Source of the DNA: Octopus sinensis
Taxonomy: Eukaryota
Length of the DNA: 64,000 bases
Assembly (NCBI RefSeq): GCF_006345805.1
Contig: NC_043009.1
Location: forward strand, 41,540,001-41,604,000
Direction: 5' to 3'
How positions within the stretch are numbered: the stretch's first letter is position 1; each line of letters begins with the position of its first letter. Position numbers and translations under genes: made by a program. Below, in pieces: positions 52,478-64,000 of this stretch. The notes beneath the pieces are model-generated. The model was given only the letters and a program-made list of their open reading frames with translations, did not search any database and had not been told where the DNA came from.

Positions 52478-52848
52478 TCACATAAAGGTAGGTATAATGT
52501 ATGTGTTCAAATTGATCCAAATGTACAAATACAGTATTAATAATAAACGGTACTTAATAACCGAATCTCGTATCAAACCACTTCTATTGAGGTTGAATGC
52601 GACTTTCATGTTCTTCCGGTTAATCTTTCCATTTGGTTTCAAATTTTGGCACAAGGCCAACAATTTGGGGTGGAAGTGTAAGTCGATTTCATTGAACCCA
52701 GTGCTCGATCGGTACTTATTCTATCGAACCCGAAAGGATCAAAGGCAGAGTCGACCCCGGAGGAATTTGAAATCAGAACGTGAAGACGGACGAAATGCCG
52801 CGAAGCTTTTTGTCCGGCATGCTATAGATTCTGCCAGCTTGCCGCCTT
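52195..52848 (-). mobile_element. Two diverged SINE A copies (52195-52420 and 52640-52848)
   Basis: gcagagtcgaccccggaggaatttgaaatcagaacg cores with tail 2. Confidence 0.8.
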
Positions 52849-53030
52849 ATCTTGTCATATAGCTATAAGAGTTCTATTGCATTTCCAGTTCTTATCTAAT
52901 TTTCACTGCTAAGGGCGCTCTTTCGAAACTACAATCTTACAAACATGAGTGCAACACCCTAACCTCGAACACATGCACCTTTCTTTCTTTCTCTCCGTCA
53001 TCGTCTCTTTCTCTCTCTCCACACACGCAT

Positions 53031-53077
<47 letters not shown>

Positions 53078-54109
53078 TACACACACACATATATATATAT
53101 ACGTGTGAAGAATTTTATGCAATGAAGTATATAGGTGTAGAAACAGTAAACGTTTTCTTGAGGAGGCGAATGACTCCCTAAGACAGAGTAGAATGTCTTA
53201 AAAAATAATGTGTTAAAGACAGAAATAAACTATGAAGGAAAATATAAAACAAAACAAAATAAAGTAAAAAAAAATATCAACAATCGAAAATACAGTGTTT
53301 TGTTCAGTGGATTATTTGTTATTTCCAGCGAGAGATGCCAGCAAATGCTGCTAGCGACAGATCCAAGCAACATATGTTGTCCCAAAGGAACAGTCCGCTT
53401 TAGTACTAAATACACATTTTGTATTGATGTAGCTCCTACTACAGGAGTAGCTGTTATGACATCAGACGTGTATACAATATTTCGACAAAGACTTGATTTA
53501 TTTGTTTAACAAGCCTTTACACGTTGTAGCGTATGTATTGCTGAAGTATGTCTGTGCATGTGTGTGTCTGTATTTCTGTGTGTCTGTGATGGCAGACTAA
53601 TGGAGCTCTGTTAGTCACATATCACATACATCATGTCCCGTAAAGTCGAAACCAGCGGTTTGTTATTTAATCTGATTCTTGCCGGTTTTGTTAAATGCAT
53701 AGGGGATATGTTTTGGGTATTTTAGATTCAAGAGATTTCCTTTGGGTCATTTGAAGGCTAATATTCCCAAGATAGATAAGGACACCAGATATAGATATAA
53801 AAAAAAACCTATAAAACGGTTAATGCTTTCTGAATAACCACCTATTTAAATATTACTTCAGATTTTTGGTTATTAAATTTAGTTATCCAATGGAAGGAAT
53901 TCTTAGAATGCATTTTGGTTCCAACTAAAATTTGAAGGAACCTGAAGGAATGCCATTTGACGTTTTGATCCTTTGTCTTAGGGCGACCAATCATCGATGA
54001 AATCCGGTCATTAATGTCTTTGAAAATTATGGAAATACATTCGACCATGTTACTTTCCTCCCTTTGCTTTCTTCTGTTATCTTTTATGTGATTCCTTCGT
54101 TGGACAGCG

Positions 54110-54478
54110 ACCATGCTGGGGCACCGCCTTGATGGGTTTTAGTCGAACAGATCGACCTCAGTACTTATCTTTTGTAAAAGTCTGCTACTTATTCGATCTG
54201 TCTCTTTTACCCAACGACTAATGTTACGGGGATGTAAACAAACCAACACCAGTTGTGAAGCAGTGGGAAGTCAAACACAAAGACACTTCCATACATGCGT
54301 ATGTATGCATGCATATACAATGGGCTTCTACAAATTTCCGTATCCCAAATTCACTCACGCGGGCGTTGTCGGACCGAGACTAGAGTAGAAGACACTTGCC
54401 GAAGGTGCCACGCAATAGGACTGAACCGGAAGCCTGTGGCTGCAAAGCAATGTCCTTAATCACACAGCCACGCCTGCG
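54110..54478 (-). mobile_element. SINE family B, diverged
   Basis: gaccatgctggggcaccgcc...agaagacacttgcc...acacagccacgcct. Confidence 0.8.
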
Positions 54479-55159
54479 TTTCATAAATATACAGAGTCAA
54501 ATTGCAGGGCCTCCGTCGTTCAATGAACATCGTGGATCTGTACACGTATGTATTAGCCAGGACAAAAGCTTTCTTCTTTGAGGAAGTCTAGCAGTCGCCC
54601 ATACTGGACGTTTCCCCTCTCAACACCACCGATGTTGGGCCGATAGTGACTTGGTACCAATGTTGTCGTAGATTTTGCTGTCAGAAAGCCAAGAACCAGA
54701 ACAGATACTGCAAAATATCTTTCTTGACCCTCTAGCAGTTTCGCCAAGTCACCGCTTTGGATCCGGAAGGATAAAAGGCAAAGTTGACTTCGGCGTGATT
54801 TGAACTCAGAGCACAGCGAATTGAAACAAATATTGCTTAAGATTCTTTCTCTCCGACGTTCTAACAACTCTACTAATTGGTCGCTGATTAGATAATCACT
54901 ATCTAAATATAGTTACTCTTTCAATTCAGACTGCTCCTTCGGGTCTATAATCCGTCAAAATGTCGGGAAAAAATACTCTGCGGCATTTGTTTCGGTTCTT
55001 TACATTTTGATTTGAAATTCCACTGAGATCAACTCTTCTCTTTCATACTCATGAGAGAAATAAACAAAGTACGTCCAAGAATTGCTGATATATCTGACCT
55101 AGTTCCTGTATTAGAAACAAACGCTTTTACTCCCTCCAACGCCGCTGTGAGCTTTATAT

Positions 55160-55638
55160 CACATGTATGATGTGGAAAATATTCCATCAGCATTGCTCAA
55201 ACGATATAGGTATCATCTTTAAAATTCCTCCGTGGTTTGGCCCCTGTGCCTTCGGTCCACTACATAAATCATGTTCGCATCGTATCACAACACTACGACA
55301 GAACTATTTCACCTCAACTGGCCCTGCTCACTTCAAAATCGTGCCATAAAAGAGGAAAGTGATTTCACGGCATTCAAACGGTCCCTAGATGATTACCTAT
55401 TTCTTTACTACCCACAAGGGGCTAAACACAGAGAGGACAAACAAGGTCCCTAGATGATTACCTCCAATAAATACCAGACAAACCACCCTCACCCTGATAT
55501 GTCCCTGAAAACAATAACTCTCTGCTCGAATGGGCTATGGTGCCCAAGAGCTGATAGCGTATCTCTTCCAGGTGGTGTTTTTAAATTAGACATGGCCTAA
55601 GCCAACTTTGGCCGAAGCTTATCTAAGTAATCTAAGTA
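55160..55638 (+). mobile_element. CR1/L2-group LINE 3' end, interrupted by a 46-bp SINE stub
   Basis: MWKIF...TTLRQNYFTSTGP...FKRSLDDYL[insert]Q*IPDKPP...NNSLLEW. Tail (TAATCTAAG)n. Confidence 0.82.
55399..55444 (-). mobile_element. Extremely 5'-truncated SINE A (tail 1 only) with a 19-bp perfect TSD
   Basis: ggtccctagatgattacct at 55380-55398 and 55445-55463. Confidence 0.92.
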
Positions 55639-57436
55639 AATTTTTTTAATTATCTATATATTTTTCTCTCTTTTTTTACGACAAACTTACTGTCAAGTGC
55701 AACATTTTCCATCAAACATTTGATTACAAAAATAGAGTCCTGAAAAAGTTTCGTAAGTTTTAGATGAAATTTTCTGATATCAGTTTTTAGCTGTAAGGTG
55801 ATGGTTTTGACCTTATAAAGTTATATGAATGAAATCAGTTGTAATTAAACTGTTGCTAACCTTGAGTAAAAAATTTAATCAATGCCTGGGTTTAAAGCCA
55901 ACAGCAAACCCTTAGATAAAGTTATCAATGTCCAAACTGTTGCAAGCTTTCGAACAAATTTGCGGTTCGCGGGTAATCCATGAATCGAAGCTTCCTCCAT
56001 ATTTCCGTCACGTTGCCCTCGAGTATTTTTAGAAGTACACTTTCAGATTCGACGACTCGGGCCGTTTTACGGCTTGAAGATAAATTCATCCCACCAGTCT
56101 TACGCCATGTACTCTCCATGAGATGAGGACCTGCTGTGACCCTCGGGTCAAGGGATGACGACGGTTCAGCAGAAGACAACGGAAAAAATAATAAGGGGGC
56201 AGTTAGTCGATACCTCGACATCAGTACTTGATTGGTACTTTCGTTTATCAAACCCGGAGGGATGAAAGGTAAAGTTGCCCTCTGAATAATTTATTATTCA
56301 CTGTTGACCTTGTCGGGCGTGTTTTTGACTCACTCATCGAAGTAAAGAATATTCTACTTTGCGGGGCAGTGTTTTATTGAATTGAAATCATACACATACA
56401 GGGCGAAAAATTCTGGGATCTACTCATACGAAGTTTAGATAAAGAAAAATAAGTTTTAATCTTGTTCGTTACACACATTTTATTTCTATTTCACGTTGTC
56501 TACTTAGAGAAAATTACTTCAAAAATTCGTGCCACGCCTTCGGAAGAAAACAATGCAGAACCAAGCCTGTCTTGTACAGAGAACACACAAGAAAGAACAA
56601 GAAAACATTGTACATTAAGACACACACGTTATAAAAGAAAGAAAGAATTTTAATGACAATTCCATTTAGGACCCCATTAGCATGAACAATGCTGGCGTCT
56701 CTTCTGTCAACAGTAACATTCACATACACGCACGTGTGCAGTGCCAAACCAAAACATTAAGAACATTACAGATGGTGTCTGTTATGTTTTTTCCGCGTGA
56801 GAAGCCAAGAGAAGACCCTGAACAAGGAAAATAACCTCGAAAATGGTGTCATTTGGGAACACAATGTCATGCAAGGAAGAATTTCGAAGAATATATTAAC
56901 GACAGAAATAAGAAAGCCCGAAGAATATATAAAAAACAGAAATATGAAAGCCTGAAGAAAATATAAAAAGACAGAAATAAGTTAGCTTCTATAAACTGAA
57001 CTAATTTATTTGTGCCGTTTAAGAGTCTGGGTTTTCAGTCGTTCTCGTAAGTGCCACTGGAAGAAGCCTTCCACTAAATGTCGGATGAAATTCTCTCGAT
57101 TGAGCGTGAGAAAGCTTATAGAACTGTATGCTATATTTTCAGGACTAAGGACTCAGCTTGACATCTTTACATGGCAGTATGATCAGATGGTCAGTGTAGA
57201 TGAGATGAAAGGTGATATGTAATTGGGAGGAGTTAAGATAGATCTACAAGTCTTAATGGCCTTCAAAAGCCTCAAAGTTAATCTGGAACTGTGCTTAGCT
57301 GAATGCGGTGCAGGATAAAAGGCCAAGTTATCCCTGCAGCCCAAAAAATAGTTGAAAGTCATTTGCCATGAAGTATTGCAAAAGGTAGAAAAGCAAAAAG
57401 GTGGAATGCAGCAATAATCAGTCACACTCAAGAAGA

Positions 57437-57526
<90 letters not shown>

Positions 57527-57572
57527 AAAGAAGATAATCTCGTGTCGATCCTGGAAACAAATACCTAGGTAT

Positions 57573-57757
57573 ACTAATTTTTTATTACCCACAAGGGGCT
57601 AAACATAAGTGGTACTTAATTTATCGACCCTGAAAGGATGAAAGGCAAAGTCGACCTCGGCGCAATTTGAACTCAGAACGTAACGGCAGATGAAATACCG
57701 ATAAGCATTTCGCCCGGCGTGCTAACGATTCTACCAGCTAGTAGGTATACCGCCTAG
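57573..57757 (-). mobile_element. SINE family A with an internal deletion
   Basis: Family A core. The motif (cc)taggtatac flanks both sides. Confidence 0.85.
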
Positions 57758-59024
57758 GTATACCGTCTCCTTGCCTTGCGAATCGTCAACGCCCCCTCTA
57801 TCATATTGTAACGAACGGAAGAAAGAACACGGTTAAGAAGGAAAAACCTTCAGCTGACACTACATGTAAAATAGAAGGGAGACTTAAAAAATTAATATCC
57901 GCACCCACCAAAGAACAAAAAAAAAATGGTGACGAAATGTGTATGAGAAAACTCACAATCCTTAAAAAATGTCATGCTATCCATAGTTGCATGACTGGAT
58001 AGTACAGAGGTAATGGAAACATATCGCAGTGTGACCTACAAGTTTGTCAGCGAAATATATTCGCAGAAGAGTCTTAAAAATCGAGAATTATAAACACGAA
58101 GAAGATAGAATATTAATAAAGTACTCGTCAGCATTTGTATACTTGAAAGAAAACAATTCCATGCATGTTGAGGTTTTCTTAAATTTGTTAAAGGGTACCT
58201 TTGAGAGTACCAGGATCCAATACGAGGAATAGCAAAAAAGCAGAATCAAGAGCTGCTTTAGCCCAGCCCTGGTAGAGGGTTTTCACTCATGTATGGATGG
58301 TAACATTAAATGTTTTCTATGTTTTCTTCTACTTTAAATTGCATTTTATTTTTGATTTTTGTTTGTTTTTATATCATTTTATAGTTTTTCCTATTTATTA
58401 ATTTTAAAATCTGTTTGTTATATAATATCTTAAGCTCTTCTCTTACCTTTTTTGGCAGTTTTTTTTCCTCAACCCCAGACTTATTGTAACCTCAATGAGC
58501 GAGAATGAAGGTAACATACCTCTATAAATAAAAAGCATGAAGCGGAGGAATTTTCTTTATGCTCTTGATGTAGGAGTTGGAAGAAACCTTGAATAATGTG
58601 TGGCGGGATTTGTGCCCTGGATCGGAGCAAGGCATGTGAAAGCATGAGGCTGGTTTTGAAGACCAACAATAAAGCGGAGTGCACTATCCACCTATCTACC
58701 TTACACGAGTAACAGAAATATAACGGTATTGACCAAAGATGGTGAATATCCTAATGGATGCTGACTCATGGTTTGCTGCCACTTTTGTGCAGTGGGGCAT
58801 CTGAACGGTTTGAGATTAAACTGCAACATGTCTGAGGTGTGTGATCTGCAAGATTCTTTGAGTTTAATGCCGTAGAACCTTCAAAGCTATGACAGGGCTC
58901 TACTGCATTTAAAGAGCTGAGAGGAGATCAATAAGTTTGGTTGTGCATAGAAGAAAGCCCAGGTGATATTCGTGTAGTAGTAAAGGTCACACGAGGCATA
59001 TACTGTCCAGAGGAAATGCAAAGG

Positions 59025-59328
59025 ACTTATTCTTTGTAAGCCTAGTACTTATTCTATCGGGCTCTTTAGCCGAACCGCTAAGTTACGGGGACGTAAACAC
59101 ACTAGCATCGGTGGTCAAGCTATGTTGAGGGGGGAAGCAAACAGACATACAAACAAACACACACACACACATATTTACATGTATGCGACGGGCTTCTTTC
59201 AGTTTCCGTCTCACAAGGATTTGGTCGACGCGAGGCTATAGTAGAAGACATTTGTCCAAGGTGCCACGCAGTAGGACTGAACCCGGAACCTTGTGGTTGG
59301 TAAGCAAGCTACTTACCACACAGCCACT
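59025..59328 (-). mobile_element. SINE family B, 3'-truncated
   Basis: Matches family B body and head. Confidence 0.88.
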
Positions 59329-59345
59329 CGAAAGAAAGAAGGAAT

Positions 59346-59377
<32 letters not shown>

Positions 59378-59966
59378 GAAGGAAGGAAGAAAGGAAATAA
59401 AGGGCAAATAAAGCCCTTAGCAAAGGGACCACATAATTCACTCACTTGTCTGGTATTTACAGCTTTCCGAATCACCAATGAGACCAGATGATTCAACTAA
59501 ACCGCAATAAAAAACAACAACAACAAAAAAGCAGTTGTGGTTGAGGAGATTGATGGTTCGAATTCACATAAGGCTTAAATAAGTAACTGTTTGTAAAAGG
59601 AAAAAAAAAAGAAATAAACAAGAAGAGAAAAAACAACACCTGTAATTTTAATCTATAATAAACAGTTAAATATCAGCTGGTAAAGAAATTTAATAGTTTT
59701 CTTGTGTTGGTCAATGCTAATGTTGATCAAGAGTACGTTCAGAAGTAACAGGTAGCATAGCTCGAATAAAATATAGGCGAGGGCCTTGAGAAGCCCTGAT
59801 CCCAGGTAGCAGCTTTGTGGATATGTGGATAGGTTGTTTTCTTTATTAATACTGTGTTTAACGCACGACCTAATATATGAACGTGTATATATATATATAT
59901 AACCTTATATGTATCTATTTATATATATATATTTGTGTATATATATATATATTATATATGTATGTA

Positions 59967-60017
<51 letters not shown>

Positions 60018-60040
60018 ATCTATCTATCTATCTATCTATC

Positions 60041-60077
<37 letters not shown>

Positions 60078-60489
60078 TATATATATATATTATATATATA
60101 TATATATAATATATATATATATATATGCATACACATACATGCACATACTATTTAAGCATATACATAAATTCAATAGAAATAATATATATATATATATATA
60201 TATGTAAATACACATACATACATACATATATATATATATGTATTATAAAGTGGACTGCAGTACAATATATTAAATACACACGTGTGCATGGTGTGTGTGT
60301 GTGTGTACGTGTATGTGTGTGTGTGTGCGTACCATGCTCGTATAGGTTTCCATATGCTTTGGAAGTCTCTAGTATGACGTTTAACATTGTACGAATGAGC
60401 TCATACGGCTAATAAAAGAAAAGCTTATTATTATAATTAATCAGCAACATCACGAACATCATCATCGTTATCCTCCTCCTCCTCATCAC

Positions 60490-60550
<61 letters not shown>

Positions 60551-61354
60551 AACAACATCAACAACAATAATAAAAACACTACATCCTATAGGAGACAATA
60601 TTTATCGTCCAGTGTTGCAATGTTAGAAGTAATTATCCAGAAATATCTATATCAATGAACAATAGAAGTTGATCCATGTATTTGTTGAAATTGTATGTGT
60701 ATGTGTGTGTTATTTGGTTATTGATTACTAACGAATAACTTGCCTTGTTTGTCACTAAATACAGAAGTAGCCAAATCACTTTGAAGTCCATAGAATGCTG
60801 GGTAATACCTCAGTGATTTAGTGTGAAGTCGGAGACTATAACATTCCAGTCTGGAATAATAGCGACCTATTTTCGGAACTCTGCACAGCCTATTACAGGC
60901 TGAATATTGCTCTGTCAAGAACAGGATGACGGAAGCAGCCTTCCTATCGCTGCTGCTTCTAAAAAGAAAGACTAAAACCGTATAGAATATTATTACCACG
61001 CTAATTACATTTGACGTTGTTACACAAGAACGGAAACAATTTTTGCGATTCATTCTCGATTTCTATGTTCTCTGATTCTATGGTTTTAGCTCAGTTACAC
61101 ATCGTTGCTACTGTCTTTCACAGAATTGATTAATATATAACGCTACCTAGTTAAAGTTCTGCTCAGTACAATATTAAGCAAACCTATGTATGAGGTAAAT
61201 ACATATAAAGACAAAATTCATTTGTTTCATTCGGTGAGGTGGGCCCACTGTATGAAGCAATATTGACATTTCAAAAACGTGTTCGACTAAGGATCAAAGT
61301 TTATATCAAATAAAGGTACTATGTGTTATTTCATCTTTTCTTTTTTTTTTTTTT

Positions 61355-61590
61355 TTACTTTTTTCTTGTTTCAAGACTTGCGGCCATGCTGGGGCACCGC
61401 CTCGAAGGGTTCTAATAGAACTAATCGACGCCAGAACTTATTTTTCTTTAAACCTGGTACTTATTCTGTCAGACTCTTATTCCGAACTGTTAAGTGACTG
61501 GGACGTAAACAATCCAACGAGCAGCGGTGGAGGACAAGCACAGGCACGCATAGATATATATTGACACACACACACGCACACACACACACA

Positions 61591-61649
<59 letters not shown>

Positions 61650-61856
61650 CACACACACACAGAGCACATACACGCATACATATACACACGAAGGGCTTCT
61701 TTCACTTTTCGTCTACCAAATTCACTCGTAAGGCTTTGAAAAGGCTTTGGTCATCCCGAGGTTATAGTAGAAAACGATTGCCCAAGGAGGCTCGCAATAG
61801 TACAACCCAGATTCTTGGGTTTAGGAAGTAAAATTCTTTTCATACAGCCACACCTG
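61355..61856 (-). mobile_element. SINE family B, diverged
   Basis: Matches family B tail, (CA)n and body. Confidence 0.8.
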
Positions 61857-61869
61857 CGTCTTTCTCTGT

Positions 61870-62608
61870 TCACTTACACAGGCCAACAAAAGTATTTTTT
61901 CTCTGTTGTCAAAACATTTGGGCTTGAATTAGCGTTTTTTTTCTGACACAGAGTCCAAGAATGACATCCATTTATTACCATCGCGTGAAAAGTTTGTAAT
62001 ACTGGATCCATAGAATTTCATTGTTTTTTCAATAAAACAGCTTATGAGGAACAAGGTATAACATACAAACATACATAGAAAGTTGTTTTTTCTTCAAAAC
62101 CAGAATGTTTTCTTAGAATTCTATTCAAAAATTAGTAAAAATCTTCAAATTTCTACAGACAAATTTCATTATTGTTTACGCCTAATTTCCCGTGAATTTG
62201 CGCATGGAGGATGTTCTTGCGAGCTGAATCTCAGGAAGATTACGAGCCAAATTCCAGCAATAGTCCGCCACCATATGCAAGTGCCATCTGTTTGGATACC
62301 TTTGTTCCATTGATCTTATATGTTGATGGAAGCGTTCTTCCTGCTCGTCACTTGTGTTATCAAGATTTTCCAGGAATTTATCAAGGTGGTTATGGAGATA
62401 GCGCTCATATTTATCCCTAATTTTTGAAAGTTCCTCAGCATGTTTCTACTATATCAGCATAATTGGTTGCTTTCATATTGTCCAGATAGTCATTTACAAC
62501 TATTGCAAATAAATTTCATGCTGCTGTTTCAATGCAATTCACTGAATTTACAAAATTCCCATCTTTCATAAATTTTCTGACCAGAGTCTCGTCAAATACT
62601 CCGGTTTT
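61870..62608 (-). mobile_element. Chapaev3-type (CMC) DNA transposase C-terminal remnant plus 3' flank
   Basis: The minus strand at 62608-62180 gives KTGVFDETLVRKFMKD...IETAA*..VVNDYLDNMKATNYADIVE/MLRNFQKLGINMS/YLHNHLDKFLENLDNTSDEQEERFHQHIRSMEQRYPNRW..MVADYCW. This matches the family motif SDEQGERFHQDI..RYQG.W...MADYCW. Confidence 0.75.
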
Positions 62609-63103
62609 TATCTACTCACTGCTATGACCGGAAAATGACCCCCTCTCCCAAAACTTTCGGGCCTTGTGCCTAGATAGAAAAGAATATCTATCTGTTTACA
62701 AGATTCAGTCACTAGTCTTGGATAATGGCACGGCAGTGTCTTCTGGCATAAAATTGATTACATTTATCTTAATATATATTTTATTGCCCCATTCCTAACC
62801 AGATGGTCAAAAAGAGAAGTAGACCTGAGTTGGATTAGAACTCACGACTCAAACACAACCGAATATGTGAAGGGTTTACCGAAACATTTAACCACCTGCG
62901 CACTTTCCTGAAACATAAATCTGTTGTTTTAGTCAACAAAATTTTAGTGCGATATTAAACAAAAATAAAAGAAATACAATTTAATGTCAAAAGGCAATTA
63001 TTTTGAGAAAATTCATTTAAAACGATTCTTTAAAAGAGAACTCGGTAAATAAATAGAATTGATACAGCTAAAAGGATAAACAGGTATCTAGTTAAGAGAT
63101 ATG

Positions 63104-63176
<73 letters not shown>

Positions 63177-64000
63177 GAAGGGAGAGAGAAAGAGAAAGAG
63201 AGAGAGATACAGAGACTCTATGTGTGTGAGAGAGGGAGATCAAGAAAGAAGGTGGACCGTTCACAGATTTCAAATAATATTATTTAAATAAAATAAAATA
63301 TTAAACAAATTACTGAATATAATGCAACAAATTATTTTTATTCGGAAGAATACCAGATTATATTAGACTTTGAAAAGCTAAATTTTTTTTGAGAAGCTAA
63401 GATATATATATATGTTTGTGTATGTGTGCGTGTGGCAAATGCCCGAAACCATGAGAGAAGAATTTTAAAAATGGTACGACGTGAAAGAATAGTCGCCTGG
63501 GAATGCACAGATGGTATATATATAGATTTTTGTTTATAGAAATTAAAAAGGAAACAACAAAAACAAAATGCAGAAACAATCAAACAAAAAAATTGATTTA
63601 TGATAATATAAATGATAAGCTGGTTACTTGTAAAATTCTTGAACACTTGGCACCTGCAACAAGACAAGAAAGTAAATGCTCACATAATGAACGTGTTTTG
63701 TCCCCACAGGTGTGATATAATAATACAATGACAGGTAAACTTGTCAAAATGTAATAAACGTTTTTCGATTGTAATAAACTAGATAGTAATGGAAACAGGG
63801 ATTTAACGATTGGCTGTGTTAGTTGTAATAGTTGTTGTTGTTACTTAGCTGTGTCCTCAACCACCCCGGTTCGCCCTGATCTTTAAGGTTAAAGATCAAA
63901 GTCATTCCACCTATATGAGTGCAGACAAGGCCTGTGTGGTTAAGAATCTCGGTTTGCGATCGCGTGGTTTCTGTGGTTTCCGGGACAGTCTCATGACGAG

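Noticed and set aside
53329-53509. Possible terminal exon after ttatttccag
   Set aside because: Two frames are equally plausible, with no recognisable domain and no link to other exons.
60718-61053. 111-aa minus-strand ORF or exon after a strong acceptor
   Set aside because: The peptide is unrecognisable and the donor is ambiguous.

Overview
This is AT-rich, microsatellite-saturated animal DNA. The SINE, LINE and MITE inventory points to a coleoid cephalopod, probably Octopus; this is inferred from recognising the repeat families. It looks like intergenic or large-intron sequence. I found no intact protein-coding gene, rRNA, true tRNA or CRISPR array, and nearly all ORFs in the supplied track are translated microsatellites. 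Contents: (i) many tRNA-derived SINEs of about four families, including a dimer that moves as one unit; (ii) a stack of Dong/R4-clade non-LTR retrotransposon fragments (RT, CCHC knuckle, restriction-like endonuclease) sitting in (TAA)n at 37.2-42.8 kb; (iii) CR1/L2-group LINE fragments; (iv) a non-autonomous Helitron, hAT-like and piggyBac-like MITEs, a 398-bp fold-back element and a Chapaev3 transposase remnant; (v) a 1.6-kb phased AnTn minisatellite; (vi) a few weak exon candidates. The standout is at 15740-17007. It is a tandem array of about 2.75 units of roughly 460-464 bp, inserted in (TA)n. Each unit carries a type-I hammerhead ribozyme (CUGAUGA core, GAAA, palindromic helix III, GUA cleavage triplet) and is packed with hairpins. 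This fits a retrozyme-like or Penelope-derived element that could produce ~462-nt self-cleaved, possibly circular, RNAs. At least three further unrelated hammerhead-like motifs occur at about 28.1, 35.0 and 36.1 kb.
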